64,000 bases of DNA from Gemmatimonadales bacterium (GCA_039794085.1 JBDIWC010000003.1:32001-96000), one strand, 5' to 3'; positions 18,952 through 31,189 are shown, counted from the first letter of the stretch. Numbers and translations: made by a program. The notes: a model not told the origin generated them from the letters alone.

Positions 18952-20064
18952 ATGACGATGCCACTTCCCCCCCGTGCTCTTCGCTGGCCCCCGGTTTCCG
19001 CCGGGGCCCTGGTCCTTGCGTCGCTCGCGGGGTGTTCCTCGGGCAGCGCAGCGGGCACGGGGCAGGGTCCCCGCGGCAACCTCCCGGTGTCGGTGATCCA
19101 GGTGGAGAGGCAGGATCTGACCCGGGAGGTGGTGCTGGCGGGGTCGGTGGAACCGGTGCGTTCAATCGAGGTCAACAGCCGGGCCGCGGGAACGGTCCTC
19201 ACGGTTCGGGTTCAGGAAGGGGATCGGGTCCGCCAGGGACAGCTCATGCTGGAGCTGGATGCCCGGGAAACCGCGGCCCAATTGGAGCGCGCCCGGGCGG
19301 TGCTGGCCAATGCGGAGGCGGCCTTTCGGCGGAGCGAAGAGATGCATCGCGCGGCCATCATCACGAGCGCGGAGTTCGAACAGGCCCGCGCCACCTTTCA
19401 GACCGCCGGGAGCGACGTGAACCTGTGGGAAACCCGCCTCGATTTCACCCGGGTCCGGGCGCCGAGTGCCGGAGTGGTGACGGCCAAGCTGATCGAGGCG
19501 GGGAGTGCCGTCAATCCGAACCAGCGGCTGTTCGACATCGCGGATGATGCTCTGATGGTCGTGCGGGTGCAGATGTCCGAACTGGATGTCGTGCATGTCC
19601 AGGAGCGCGATGTCGTGCGCGTGACTCTCGACGCCCACCCGGACGCGGTGTTGCGGGGGTCGGTGCGCCGCATTTTCCCGAGTGCCGATCCCACCACGCG
19701 GTTGCTCCCGGTGGAGGTGGCCCTGCATGAGCCTCCTCCGGGCGTGACGGTGCGGCCGGGATACCTGGCCCGAGTCCACCTCACCCTTGATTCGCGGCCC
19801 GGGGTTCTGGTCATCCCCGCCGCGGCGGTGGGTGCGAGCACGACCGGACCGTTCGCCTATCTGGTGGAGGCCGACACCTTGGTGCGGCGCCCGATCACGG
19901 TCGGGCTCACGTCGAGCGGGATGGTGGAGGTGGTCACGGGGCTCGAACCCGGCGCGCTGGTGGTGACCTCGGGTCACCTGGGGCTGCGCGCGGGTGTGAC
20001 AGTCCGCATCATGAATCGCGCCGCGCTGTCCCCGGATGGCGGAGAGGAGATCCGGAACCCATGA
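18952..20064 (+). CDS. RND efflux periplasmic adaptor (membrane fusion protein), probable lipoprotein
   Basis: Lipobox-like LAGC; lipoyl half-motifs VQEGDRVRQGQ and VRAPSAGVV; helical hairpin; IFPSADPTTR. Confidence 0.93.
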   Translation: MTMPLPPRALRWPPVSAGALVLASLAGCSSGSAAGTGQGPRGNLPVSVIQVERQDLTREVVLAGSVEPVRSIEVNSRAAGTVLTVRVQEGDRVRQGQLMLELDARETAAQLERARAVLANAEAAFRRSEEMHRAAIITSAEFEQARATFQTAGSDVNLWETRLDFTRVRAPSAGVVTAKLIEAGSAVNPNQRLFDIADDALMVVRVQMSELDVVHVQERDVVRVTLDAHPDAVLRGSVRRIFPSADPTTRLLPVEVALHEPPPGVTVRPGYLARVHLTLDSRPGVLVIPAAAVGASTTGPFAYLVEADTLVRRPITVGLTSSGMVEVVTGLEPGALVVTSGHLGLRAGVTVRIMNRAALSPDGGEEIRNP

Positions 20065-23000
20065 GTCGCTTCTCGATCCCGAGTTTTTCGATTCGTCGGC
20101 CCATTGGCACGGTGGCCCTGACGACTGTTGTGGTGGTGCTGGGGCTCTATTACGGACGTCAGCTTCCCATTGATCTTCTGCCCCAGATCGTCTATCCGCA
20201 GGTGCGGGCCAGTGTGCGGTATCCGGGGGTGGCGCCGGAGGTCATGGAAGAGCAGGTCACCAAGATCCTGGAAACCTCGCTCTCCACGACCGAGAATCTG
20301 ATCCGTCTCGAATCGGAAACCTCCGAGGGGCAGTCAAGCGTCAATCTGTACTTCCGCTACGGCACCGACATGAACTTCGCGCTGCAGGACGCGTCGAAGA
20401 ATCTGGACCGGGCCCGGGCCCGCCTCCCGGAGGAGGCCGAGCCCCCCTCGATCTTCAAGTTCGACCCGTCCCAGTCGCCGGTGTACGAGGTGGGACTGAG
20501 CTCGGAGAGCTGGAACCTGATCGATTTGCGGCGATGGGTGGACCTCCAACTTCTGCCCCAGCTCCTGACGGTGGATGGCGTCGCCTCGGTGGACGTGTCC
20601 GGGGGGCTCACCCGCGAGGTCCAGGTGATTCTGAACCAGGAGCGATTGCGCTCGTACGGGATGACCGTGAACGAGATTCTCACCGCGCTGCGGAACGAGA
20701 ACCAGGATATCGCGGCGGGCAACCTCACCTCCGACGAGTTCGAGATCATCGGCAAGACCGACGGGAAGTTCCGGACCGTCGATGACATTCGGAATGTCCT
20801 CCTGGCGGTGCCTGGAACCTCGCAGCGCGTGCCCCTCACCGAGGTTGCCTCCGTGGCCGACACCAACCGGGAGCAGCGACTCTGGGCCCGGCTGAACGGG
20901 GTCCCCGCCGTGAAGCTGTCGGTGCGCAAGCTCCCCGAGGCCAACACCGTCGCGGTGGCGGAGGGGGTTGCCTCCCGCTTCGCGCAGCTGGGTCAGGCCC
21001 GGTTCATCCCGCCCGAGATCAACTACCGGGTCGTGGCCGATCAGTCCTTCTTCGTCAAGAGCGCCCTGTCGAGCGTTCAAGGGGCGGCCCTCGCCGGTGC
21101 CGCCCTGGCGATGGTGGTGGTTTTTCTTTTCTTCGGGAGCCTGCGCAAGACCTTCATCATCGGACTGTCGATTCCGATCGCCGTCCTCGCGACCCTGGCC
21201 CTGATGGGATGGGCCGGGCTGACCCTCAACATCATGACGCTCGGGGGTCTCGCCCTCGGCGTGGGGCTCCTGCTCGACAGTGGCATCGTGATGCTGGAGA
21301 ACATCTTCCGCCTGCGATCGAAGGGGCTCGATGCCGAGGCGGCAGCGCACGAGGGATCGGCCGAGGTCACCAGCGCCGTCGTGGCCTCCACGGTGACGAA
21401 CCTGGCGGCCGTCGTTCCCTTCCTCCTGATCTCGGGGCTGGCGGCGCTCATTTTCCGCGAGCTGATCCTCACTATCACCCTGTCGATGGTGGGAGCCTTG
21501 CTCACGGCCCTCAGTCTGGTGCCGATGCTGACCGCCCAGCTCGCCAAGATCCGCTGGGAGAGCAACCTGGCGAACTGGCGGCCCATTCGTGCCTTCAATG
21601 CCGCGGTCGGCCGATCGACCGACATCTATCGGCGATTGGCCCGATGGACGCTGACCCATCGTCTCGTGGTGGTCGGAGGGTCGTTCGGCGTCCTTTTCCT
21701 GGTCCTGCTTGCCGTCCGTGGCCTGCCCAATGAATTCCTGCCCGTCGTGGATGATGGCGCGGTCTCGGTGAACGTGAACATGCCACCCGGAACCCCGCCG
21801 GACCGGACTAACACCATTGTGCAACAGATGGAGGAGATGGTGCGCGCCCGGCCATTCGTCCAGGATATTTTCGCCACAGCGGGGGGGTTCTTCTTCGGGG
21901 GATCGACCGCCGAAAGCGGGGGGCGCGGGTCGGTGAGCATTCAGCTCACGCCCGCGAGCGAACGGCGCGGCATGCCGGCGTCCCAATGGGTGGCTGACCT
22001 GCAGGAGGAGATCAACACGCTGGGCGTTCCCGGAGCGCGCATCGGAGTGCGCCCGCCCCGCATTCGGGGTCTTCGCACCAACATCTCCGGATCCGACGTG
22101 GCGATCGCGGTGCAGGGGGATGACCTGATTCTGCTGCAACAGATCGCGAACGACGTCCTGAACACGATCAAGGGGATCCCGGGATTGGAAGGCCTGCAGC
22201 TCTCCGCCGAGGATGCGAGCCCCCAGCTCTCGATCCGGGTGGACCGGGAGCGGATCGCCGATCTGGGACTTCGCCCCGCGGATGTGGGACAGAGCGTGCG
22301 CACCGCCCTCGAAGGAGCGACCCCCACCCGATTCACCGACGGGACCTTCGAATACGATGTACGGGTGCGGCTGCCCCGCGAGCAGTTCCAGAGCGCGGAG
22401 GACCTGGGCACCATCGCCCTGTTCGGCGGGCGCGACCAGGCGATCTACCTGCGGGATGTCGCCACGATCCGCTTCGGGTCGGGACCGAGCCGGATCACCC
22501 GGGAAAACCAGAACCGGCTGATCCGGGTCACCGGTGATGTGAACCGCTCCCAGGCCACGGTGAGCCAGGTCAACGCCGAGATTCACGACCGGCTCGCCTC
22601 CCTCGACCTGCCCACCGGCTTTGCGTTGATCTATGGCGGAGAGGAAGAGGCGATCAAGGAGAACAACCGGAACCTGGCCATCGTCATCGGCATGGCGATC
22701 TTCCTGGTGTTTGTCGTGCTGACGGTGCAGTACGAGAGTCTCGCCAATCCCCTGGTCATCATGGTGTCGATTCCCCTCGCCCTGATCGGAGTGGGAGCCG
22801 GTCTGATGATCTCCGGAACGCCTCTCAGCGCGCCGGTGCTTCTGGGGGTGATCCTGCTGGCGGGGATCGTGGTCAACAACGCGATCCTGCTCGTGGAGTA
22901 CGTGGAGATCGGGCGACGGGATGGGTTGTCCATCGAGGAGGCCATCATCGAGGCGGGGGTGATCCGGCTCCGCCCCATTCTCATGACAACCCTCACCACC

Positions 23001-23261
23001 GTGCTCGGCATGCTCCCCCTGGCGCTCGGGATCGGCGAAGGTACCGAGCTCATGCAGCCGCTTGCCGTGGCGGTGGTGGGAGGGCTGACCGTTTCCACCT
23101 TCCTCACCCTCCTCATCATCCCCTCGATCTATCTGATGGTGGCCCGGGCGGCGTCCTGGCTGGGGCACTTCCTCACGGGGGCCCCCCGGACCGAGGAGCA
23201 TCCGGCCGGGCCCCGCACGGGGCCGGTGGAGGGACTCCCGGGAACGGCATCGACTCACTAG
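20061..23261 (+). CDS. RND efflux permease (AcrB/AcrD/AcrF family)
   Basis: 1066 aa; SIRRPI, LPIDLLP, TLNIMTLGGL, DSGIVMLENI, RLRPILMTTLTTVLGMLPLAL. Confidence 0.96.
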   Translation: MSRFSIPSFSIRRPIGTVALTTVVVVLGLYYGRQLPIDLLPQIVYPQVRASVRYPGVAPEVMEEQVTKILETSLSTTENLIRLESETSEGQSSVNLYFRYGTDMNFALQDASKNLDRARARLPEEAEPPSIFKFDPSQSPVYEVGLSSESWNLIDLRRWVDLQLLPQLLTVDGVASVDVSGGLTREVQVILNQERLRSYGMTVNEILTALRNENQDIAAGNLTSDEFEIIGKTDGKFRTVDDIRNVLLAVPGTSQRVPLTEVASVADTNREQRLWARLNGVPAVKLSVRKLPEANTVAVAEGVASRFAQLGQARFIPPEINYRVVADQSFFVKSALSSVQGAALAGAALAMVVVFLFFGSLRKTFIIGLSIPIAVLATLALMGWAGLTLNIMTLGGLALGVGLLLDSGIVMLENIFRLRSKGLDAEAAAHEGSAEVTSAVVASTVTNLAAVVPFLLISGLAALIFRELILTITLSMVGALLTALSLVPMLTAQLAKIRWESNLANWRPIRAFNAAVGRSTDIYRRLARWTLTHRLVVVGGSFGVLFLVLLAVRGLPNEFLPVVDDGAVSVNVNMPPGTPPDRTNTIVQQMEEMVRARPFVQDIFATAGGFFFGGSTAESGGRGSVSIQLTPASERRGMPASQWVADLQEEINTLGVPGARIGVRPPRIRGLRTNISGSDVAIAVQGDDLILLQQIANDVLNTIKGIPGLEGLQLSAEDASPQLSIRVDRERIADLGLRPADVGQSVRTALEGATPTRFTDGTFEYDVRVRLPREQFQSAEDLGTIALFGGRDQAIYLRDVATIRFGSGPSRITRENQNRLIRVTGDVNRSQATVSQVNAEIHDRLASLDLPTGFALIYGGEEEAIKENNRNLAIVIGMAIFLVFVVLTVQYESLANPLVIMVSIPLALIGVGAGLMISGTPLSAPVLLGVILLAGIVVNNAILLVEYVEIGRRDGLSIEEAIIEAGVIRLRPILMTTLTTVLGMLPLALGIGEGTELMQPLAVAVVGGLTVSTFLTLLIIPSIYLMVARAASWLGHFLTGAPRTEEHPAGPRTGPVEGLPGTASTH

Positions 23262-23345
23262 CCTGCCCAGGGGCTGTGACTGCGCGGGAGATCAGGGCAT
23301 CGGTATATTCACCGGCGCCCTGATTTCCCGTCTGGAGCCCGTCTC

Positions 23346-23924
23346 ATGATCATTCCGTCCGGAGCGTCACACCGCTGGATCGTTCCCGCCACGGTGGTCT
23401 TCGCCCTCCTGCTGCTGTCCCATGCCGCGGGGGCGATCGTGTCCGCTGTCCTGCCCTCGCAGGTGGATGATGTCCGCTGGCGTTTCGGGGCGTTCGGCAT
23501 CGCCGCGGGCCAGCTCCTTCCTCTCCTGGCGGCACTGATTCTGGGGATGGTCCTGGCGGGGGGGCAGGAGTGGCGTCGCACGCTCCGGACGCTCGCGATT
23601 CTGGCCCTGGCCGGGTTCCTGATCCTGTCGGCGGGAGCCATCAACTTCGGGTTGGATGCCCTGACCCTGTACCGGGAGGTGGCCCTCTCCGCCCGCCCGG
23701 GTTTCATCCTCGCCGTGCTGCGGGTGGCACTCGTGTCCCTGGTGGCGGGGGTCCTGCTCCTGGTGCTCGGGGTCGGGGGATGGCGGGGGAGTCGCCGCAC
23801 GGGACGCCTGAGGGAGACGTCCCCACCGGTCGTCCTCCGATCGGCGGAAACAGCGCCGGGGCTCCGGCCCGCGAGTGCACCGTCCGCCAGGGATGGTGGA
23901 GAGGCGCGCCCCGACCGGGAGTGA
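23346..23924 (+). CDS. Hypothetical membrane protein, about 4 TM helices
   Basis: Four hydrophobic segments with WRFGAFG motif; fills the gap with plausible codon usage. Confidence 0.65.
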   Translation: MIIPSGASHRWIVPATVVFALLLLSHAAGAIVSAVLPSQVDDVRWRFGAFGIAAGQLLPLLAALILGMVLAGGQEWRRTLRTLAILALAGFLILSAGAINFGLDALTLYREVALSARPGFILAVLRVALVSLVAGVLLLVLGVGGWRGSRRTGRLRETSPPVVLRSAETAPGLRPASAPSARDGGEARPDRE

Positions 23925-23954
23925 TTGGTCGGGCCCCTCCCCTCCCCCCACTTC

Positions 23955-23993
23955 CTTCAAACTTCGAACTTCGAACTTCGAACTTCGAACTTC
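23955..23993. repeat. Heptamer tandem repeat (CTTCGAA)x4 plus degenerate units
   Basis: CTTCAAA CTTCGAA CTTCGAA CTTCGAA CTTCGAA CTTC. Confidence 0.95.
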
Positions 23994-26168
23994 CTACCGG
24001 TTCTCGGTCCGGGGTGTGGGGACCAGGGTCCGCGGGACCGTCCCGACCCGGCGTCCCCGGCGGTCCACCACCCAGATCGGCTCGCTGAACGGCACCATGC
24101 GATACTCCACACCGCGCGTGATGCCGAACCGCAGCAGCGCCTCGCCGAAGGTGAAGGGATCGGAGAGGGCGTCGTCCACGATGTATCCCATGTCGGCGAG
24201 CGAGGCGGTCGTGATGGCGCTCAGGAAGTTCTGGGCGTCATTGAATCCGGTCATCAGTTCGTTGTCGTACGTCGACTCCCGCCAGTGCCCGTCCCGGGTG
24301 CCCGGCCCGCCGGCGTTTTCCACCGGGACGACCTCGCCGGCGAAGGTGGCGCCGGGGGCCAGAGATCCCCAATGTGCGGCGGTCGCGCGCGGGCCGACAA
24401 AGAAGGGACCGGTTCCGCCCGCCCCCACGAGAAGGTCGAAGAAGCTCCAGAGGCTTCCGATGCCGAGGACATGTCCCATTTCGTGCAGCACCACGTCCCG
24501 CAGGGTTCCATTCGCCTCGAGGTTGGCGAGATCCGCCACATCGAAGCGCATGCGTCCCAGAACCGGAAGGGCTCTCCCCGGACCGGGATCGTCGATGTCC
24601 CGGATGGCACAGGGTCCCGCGCTCCCGAGGATACCTCCCACCCCGTCAATGCTGGTGAGCTCGGCGAAGATGACCACATCGTCGATGGTTTCGAAGATGG
24701 CGGGGCAGGCACCGAAGGTCCCATCCTGAGGGGTGATCTGGACGTCGGGAAGATCACCCAGGATCAACTCCGACCACCGGGCCGCCGCCAGGTCGAAGGC
24801 CGCCCGCTGGGCCGGAGTGGGCGCGGTGCCGACGAAGCGGAGGTCGATCTGAAAGGCCCCCGCAGGAGGGGATGTGGCCGTTCCCGCGACACTGGCCGTG
24901 GGGAGCCCCTCGACCGTGGCGCTCAGAGTTTGAGGGCCCGGGGTCATTCCGAGGCGCCAGGCGAGAGGGGCCACCAGCCCGTTGAAGTCACTGACCCGGA
25001 TCGCTCCCCCGACTGCTCCTCCGTCGGAGGCGGCGAAGGTGACGGCAATTCCCGCCACGGGATCTCCCTTGTCGTCCGCCAACCGGAATACCGGCTGGTT
25101 CGGGAGGTAGTTGCCCCGGATTCCGCTGAACGGATCACCGGGCATCGGAACGATGCTGGTCGGCACGGCTGCGACGGAGGTAGCCTGGAAGACCACATCG
25201 GGTGCGCCGAAGGTGCTGGCGGTGAGTGTATTCGGTCCCGGGGCGAGCCCCACAATCCAGGCGGTCGGACTGGCCCTGCCGGTGGCGTCGGTGGTGGTGG
25301 TGGCGCCCTGAACCGCTCCCCCGCCCGAGGTGATCGTGAAGGTGACCGGAACTCCGGGCTGGGGCTGGCCCGTGCTGTCCCGGGCCTCCACGGTGGGGGC
25401 AACCGGGACCAGGGTTCCGGCGTTGACACTGGCGATGTTGCCCGCGACCGGAAGGAAGGAGGCGGGCGGGATCGGGTTCGCAATGGCGATGAACACCGCG
25501 GGGTTGGCGCCGGCGACGCGGGCCTCGACCGTCTGGAACCCGGGGAGGAGCCCCAGGGTCCACCCGCCCAGAGCAGCGCGACCCTCGGCATCGGACACCT
25601 GGGTGGCGCCGGTGAGGCTCCCGCCTCCCTGGACCACGACGAAGGTGACGGTCTGAGAGGCGACCGGGTTGCCAAAGGCATCGTTGACCCGCGCTACCAG
25701 GGTTGCCGGGAGGGGTTTGCCGATCGTCTCAGTCTGGTTGCTGCCCGAGACTGGTACCACGCTGGCTGCCGGCCCGGGCACGGCTGTGGCGGTGAAGACG
25801 GAGGGGGCCACCCCGACGACTGTGGCCGAGAGTGTCTGAGTGCCTGTGGTAGGTCCCAGACGCCACGTCGTGGTGGCGATACCGGTGGTGGAGGTCACGA
25901 CGGTGGCGGGAGTGGCGCTTCCTCCTGCCGTGGCGGAAAAGGTGACTGTGGCGCCCGCCATCGGGCTGCTCCCGCTCAGCACCGTGATCGTAATGGGTGT
26001 GGGGAGGTCGAGCCCGACGGTCCCGGTCTGTCCATCGCCCGATCCCTTGGTGATGTTGGAGGCCCGGGGGGGCCCGGACATTCCCCCTCCTCCGCACGAG
26101 ACCAGTGCGAGGGACATCAGGAGGGGGAGGAGCGCAGGTGTGCCGGGCATCCGGGGACCGGAGGTCAT
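23994..26168 (-). CDS. Lipoprotein with four Ig-like repeats and a C-terminal leishmanolysin-like (M8) zinc metalloprotease domain
   Basis: Lipobox LALVSC; four ~95-aa repeats ending W.LG...G.QT; HEMGHVLG, GHWRE, NELMTG. Confidence 0.85.
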   Translation of the reverse strand: MTSGPRMPGTPALLPLLMSLALVSCGGGGMSGPPRASNITKGSGDGQTGTVGLDLPTPITITVLSGSSPMAGATVTFSATAGGSATPATVVTSTTGIATTTWRLGPTTGTQTLSATVVGVAPSVFTATAVPGPAASVVPVSGSNQTETIGKPLPATLVARVNDAFGNPVASQTVTFVVVQGGGSLTGATQVSDAEGRAALGGWTLGLLPGFQTVEARVAGANPAVFIAIANPIPPASFLPVAGNIASVNAGTLVPVAPTVEARDSTGQPQPGVPVTFTITSGGGAVQGATTTTDATGRASPTAWIVGLAPGPNTLTASTFGAPDVVFQATSVAAVPTSIVPMPGDPFSGIRGNYLPNQPVFRLADDKGDPVAGIAVTFAASDGGAVGGAIRVSDFNGLVAPLAWRLGMTPGPQTLSATVEGLPTASVAGTATSPPAGAFQIDLRFVGTAPTPAQRAAFDLAAARWSELILGDLPDVQITPQDGTFGACPAIFETIDDVVIFAELTSIDGVGGILGSAGPCAIRDIDDPGPGRALPVLGRMRFDVADLANLEANGTLRDVVLHEMGHVLGIGSLWSFFDLLVGAGGTGPFFVGPRATAAHWGSLAPGATFAGEVVPVENAGGPGTRDGHWRESTYDNELMTGFNDAQNFLSAITTASLADMGYIVDDALSDPFTFGEALLRFGITRGVEYRMVPFSEPIWVVDRRGRRVGTVPRTLVPTPRTENR

Positions 26169-26308
26169 GGTATCTCGTCGGGCGAGGGTCAGGTCCCACC
26201 AGACCGCGTTGGGTGGGTCAGGGGCATGATTTGGGACGAAAACTGCCTTGGAGCGCGGGTTTCGGCAATGCCCCAGGCCTTGCCCTCCCGTCCCGTGGAG
26301 GTGGAGGG

Positions 26309-26337
26309 TTGACCGTGAACCGGCACGGTGCTATTCT
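26309..26337 (+). promoter_or_regulatory. Sigma-70 promoter of the str operon
   Basis: TTGACC (26309-26314), 17-bp spacer ending TGc, TATTCT (26332-26337). Confidence 0.7.
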
Positions 26338-26427
26338 CCTTGTCTCCCTCGGATCCGGGCTTCAGTGCTGAAGCCCGGCCGGTGGGGCGAGAACGACGAA
26401 CCAGGTTTTCACGGAACTCAAGGATCG

Positions 26428-26823
26428 ATGCCAACGATCAACCAGCTCGTCCGGCACGGGCGCAAGTCAGTTGCGGCCAAGGACAAGGCGCCGGCACTCA
26501 AGAAGAATCCGCAGAAGCGCGGGGTGTGTACCCGGGTGTACACGACCACGCCCAAGAAGCCGAATTCGGCGCTCCGGAAGGTGGCGCGTGTCCGGCTGAC
26601 CAATGGATTCGAAGTGACCGCGTACATTCCGGGCGAGGGGCACAATCTCCAGGAGCACTCGATCGTCCTGATTCGCGGGGGCCGGGTGAAGGACCTCCCC
26701 GGAGTTCGGTATCATATCGTGCGGGGCAGCCTTGATTCCGCGGGCGTGAACGGGCGGATGCAGAGCCGGTCGAAGTACGGGGCCAAGTTGCCGAAGGAAG
26801 CGACCAAGGGAGGGAAGAAGTGA
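26428..26823 (+). CDS. rpsL: 30S ribosomal protein S12
   Basis: [38 protein letters not shown]. Confidence 0.99.
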   Translation: MPTINQLVRHGRKSVAAKDKAPALKKNPQKRGVCTRVYTTTPKKPNSALRKVARVRLTNGFEVTAYIPGEGHNLQEHSIVLIRGGRVKDLPGVRYHIVRGSLDSAGVNGRMQSRSKYGAKLPKEATKGGKK

Positions 26824-27290
26824 GCCGCCGGAGCCGAGCCGTCAAGCGCCCGGTCCCACCCGATCCGCGCTATGACAGCCAGACGGTGTCGAAGTTCGTC
26901 CGGGCCCTGATGTACGACGGGAACAAGGGACTCGCCGAGGGGATCTTTTACGGCGCCATGGACATGATCGAGGAACGCACCGGGCAGCCGGGGGTGACGG
27001 TGTTCAAGCAGGCGATCTCCAACGCCAAGCCGGCGCTGGAGGTCAAGAGCCGCCGGGTGGGTGGTGCGTCGTTGCAGGTGCCGGTGGAAGTGCGCCCGGA
27101 GCGGCGGACGGCGCTCGCGATGCGGTGGCTGATTTCCTACGCCCGGTCCCGCTCGGAAAAGACCATGGCCGATCGCCTGGCCGCCGAACTGATTCTCGCG
27201 TCCAAGGGCGAGGGGAACACGATCAAGAAGAAGGATGACACGCACCGGATGGCAGAAGCCAATCGGGCGTTTGCACACTATCGCTGGTAG
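26820..27290 (+). CDS. rpsG: 30S ribosomal protein S7
   Basis: [25 protein letters not shown]. Confidence 0.99.
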   Translation: MSRRSRAVKRPVPPDPRYDSQTVSKFVRALMYDGNKGLAEGIFYGAMDMIEERTGQPGVTVFKQAISNAKPALEVKSRRVGGASLQVPVEVRPERRTALAMRWLISYARSRSEKTMADRLAAELILASKGEGNTIKKKDDTHRMAEANRAFAHYRW

Positions 27291-27495
27291 GGAGTAACCG
27301 CCGGGCGGGTGGCCGGCGCTGCTGACATCGGGCCACGTGACGGGCAGTTCCGCCACCTCTGGTCTTTCGCCACAACGCGTGGGGTTCGAGGGCCCCCGTC
27401 TCGGGCAGAATGTCCGGACGTGCGCGGAGCGATACCACCGGAGGTTCTCCGGGTTCGGTCGCCCCGCTTTTTCGTTGCACTGGACTTGAGGAATC

Positions 27496-29592
27496 ATGGG
27501 ACGCACGCATCCGCTGGAACGCTATCGTAACATCGGCATCATGGCCCACATTGATGCCGGGAAGACGACCACAACCGAGCGGATCCTGTACTACACGGGG
27601 AAGAACTACAAGATCGGTGAAGTTCACGACGGCGCGGCCACCATGGACTGGATGGAGCAGGAGCAGGAGCGGGGCATCACGATCACCTCGGCGGCAACCA
27701 CCTGCTTTTGGAGCCGAGATGGGGTCGAGTATCGGATCAACATCATCGACACGCCGGGGCACGTGGACTTCACGGTCGAGGTCGAGCGCTCCCTCCGCGT
27801 ACTCGACGGCGCGGTGACGCTTCTCGACTCGGTGGCTGGCGTGGAGCCCCAGACCGAAACGGTCTGGCGTCAGGCGGACCGCTACGGGGTTCCTCGCATC
27901 ATCTTTGCCAACAAGATGGACCGGGTCGGCGCCAATTTTGATCGATGTGTGACCATGATCCGGGACCGGCTCACCAAGCGGGCCTTCCCGATCCAGCTTC
28001 CCCTGGGATCGGGGGAGCTCTTCACCGGACACATCGACGTGCTCAACCGGGTGGAGCGGGTGTTCGACGACGCCAACATGGGCAAGAACTTCACGGAGAT
28101 GCCGGTGGCCGAGGCGTTCCGGGAGCAGGTGGAAACCGCCCGGCGCGAGGTGATCGAGGCGGCCGTGGAGTTCGACGAGGAGTTGATGGAGAAGTACCTG
28201 GCCGGCCAGGATCTGAGCGCGGCCGAGATTCGGCGGGCCATCCGGAAGGCCACCGTGGCGGGCGGGATCGTTCCGGTGCTCTGCGGTGCGTCCTTCAAGA
28301 ATAAGGGGGTGCAGGCGCTCCTCGATGCGGTGGTGGACTACCTCCCGAGTCCGCTGGACATCCCGCCCGTGACCGGGCATCTCCCCCTGAAAGACGAGAC
28401 CAAGGTGGAGCGGAGTGCTGATGACACGGCGCCCTTCGCCGCCCTGGCCTTCAAGATCGCCACTGATCCCTACGTGGGTCGCCTCACCTTCTTCCGGGTG
28501 TACTCCGGATCGTTCAAGGCGGGCAGCTACGTCTACAACAGCACCAAGGACAAGCGGGAACGGGTGGGCCGGCTGCTGCAGATGCACGCCAACAAGCGGG
28601 ACGAGATCGACGAGGTGATGGCGGGGGACATCGGCGCGGCTATCGGCCTGCGCGAGGCCCGCACCGGGGACACCCTCTGCGATGAGGATCATCCGGTCAT
28701 CCTCGAGGCGATGCGGTTCCCGAACCCGGTCATCGACGTCGCGATCGAACCGAAATCGAAGGCCGACCAGGACAAGCTGGCCATCGCCCTGCAGAAGCTC
28801 GCCGAGGAAGATCCGACGTTCCGGGTGCGTTCCGACGCCGAGACCGGGCAGACGATCATTGCCGGTATGGGGGAACTCCATCTGGAGATCCTGGTCGACC
28901 GGATGAAGCGCGAGTTCAAGGTTGAGGCCAACGTCGGCCGTCCGCAGGTGGCCTTCCGCGAGACGATTCGCCAGAAGGTGGTGGACGTGGAGGGGAAGTT
29001 CATCCGCCAGTCCGGCGGCAAGGGACAGTACGGCCACGTGGTCATCACGCTGGAGCCGGCCGAACAGGGCACCGGGTTCCACTTCGAGGACAAGATCGTG
29101 GGCGGGGTGATCCCGCGGGAGTTCATCAAGCCGGTCGAGGCGGGGATGCGCGAGGCCCTGGAGTCGGGCGTGCTCGCCGGATATCCCATGGTGGACGTGA
29201 AGGCCTCGCTGACCTACGGCAGCTATCACGACGTGGACAGCTCCGAAATGGCGTTCAAGATCGCCGGGTCGATGGCCATCAAGGAGGCGGCGCGCCGGGC
29301 CAAGCCGGTCCTGCTGGAGCCGGTCATGGAGGTCGAGGTCGTGGCCCCTTCCGAGTTCCTGGGCGACGTCATGGGGGACCTCTCCGGACGCCGGGGCAAG
29401 ATCGGGGGCATGACCCAGCGGGGCGAGGCCCAGGTGGTGGCCGCCGACGTGCCTCTCGCCGAGATGTTCGGCTACTCCACCACCCTGCGCAGCATGACCC
29501 AGGGGCGGGCGGTGTACTCGATGCAGTTCGCGTATTACGACGAGGTCCCCAAGCAGGTGGCCGAAGAGATCATCGCCAAGGCGGCCAAGTAG
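27496..29592 (+). CDS. fusA: Elongation factor G
   Basis: [47 protein letters not shown]. Confidence 0.99.
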   Translation: MGRTHPLERYRNIGIMAHIDAGKTTTTERILYYTGKNYKIGEVHDGAATMDWMEQEQERGITITSAATTCFWSRDGVEYRINIIDTPGHVDFTVEVERSLRVLDGAVTLLDSVAGVEPQTETVWRQADRYGVPRIIFANKMDRVGANFDRCVTMIRDRLTKRAFPIQLPLGSGELFTGHIDVLNRVERVFDDANMGKNFTEMPVAEAFREQVETARREVIEAAVEFDEELMEKYLAGQDLSAAEIRRAIRKATVAGGIVPVLCGASFKNKGVQALLDAVVDYLPSPLDIPPVTGHLPLKDETKVERSADDTAPFAALAFKIATDPYVGRLTFFRVYSGSFKAGSYVYNSTKDKRERVGRLLQMHANKRDEIDEVMAGDIGAAIGLREARTGDTLCDEDHPVILEAMRFPNPVIDVAIEPKSKADQDKLAIALQKLAEEDPTFRVRSDAETGQTIIAGMGELHLEILVDRMKREFKVEANVGRPQVAFRETIRQKVVDVEGKFIRQSGGKGQYGHVVITLEPAEQGTGFHFEDKIVGGVIPREFIKPVEAGMREALESGVLAGYPMVDVKASLTYGSYHDVDSSEMAFKIAGSMAIKEAARRAKPVLLEPVMEVEVVAPSEFLGDVMGDLSGRRGKIGGMTQRGEAQVVAADVPLAEMFGYSTTLRSMTQGRAVYSMQFAYYDEVPKQVAEEIIAKAAK

Positions 29593-29649
29593 GCCGTCGG
29601 GGCATCACGCACCAGCTCACGCACCGGAAACCGACACAGGACATCAGTC

Positions 29650-30852
<1,203 letters not shown>

Positions 30853-30880
30853 TCCGGTCCGTTTTGACGATGAGGCAGGT

Positions 30881-31189
30881 ATGAGCGAACGCATTCGAAT
30901 CCGGCTCAAGGCTTTCGACCACGTGGTCCTGGACCAGGCGGCGGCGGACATCGTCCGCACCGTCGAGAAGACGGGAGCCCAGGTGTCCGGGCCGATCCCC
31001 CTTCCGGTCAAGACCGAACGGTGGACGGTGTTGCGGAGCCCGCATGTCGACAAGAAGAGCCGGGAACAGTTCGAGCTGCGGACCCACAAGCGCCTGCTCG
31101 AAATCAATGAGTCCCGTCCCCAGACCATGGACGCCCTGACCAAGCTTGATCTGCCGGCCGGGGTGGACGTGGAGATCAAGGTCCAATAG
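30881..31189 (+). CDS. rpsJ: 30S ribosomal protein S10
   Basis: [30 protein letters not shown]. Confidence 0.99.
   Translation: MSERIRIRLKAFDHVVLDQAAADIVRTVEKTGAQVSGPIPLPVKTERWTVLRSPHVDKKSREQFELRTHKRLLEINESRPQTMDALTKLDLPAGVDVEIKVQ

Noticed and set aside
21270..21305. RND permease has DS rather than DD in TM4 and N rather than K in TM10
   Set aside because: Recalled as a common variant in this RND subfamily; not evidence of inactivation
26186..26195. GGGTCAGGTC matching part of the REP arm at 1781
   Set aside because: Only 10 nt with no matching inverted arm; compatible with chance in GC-rich DNA
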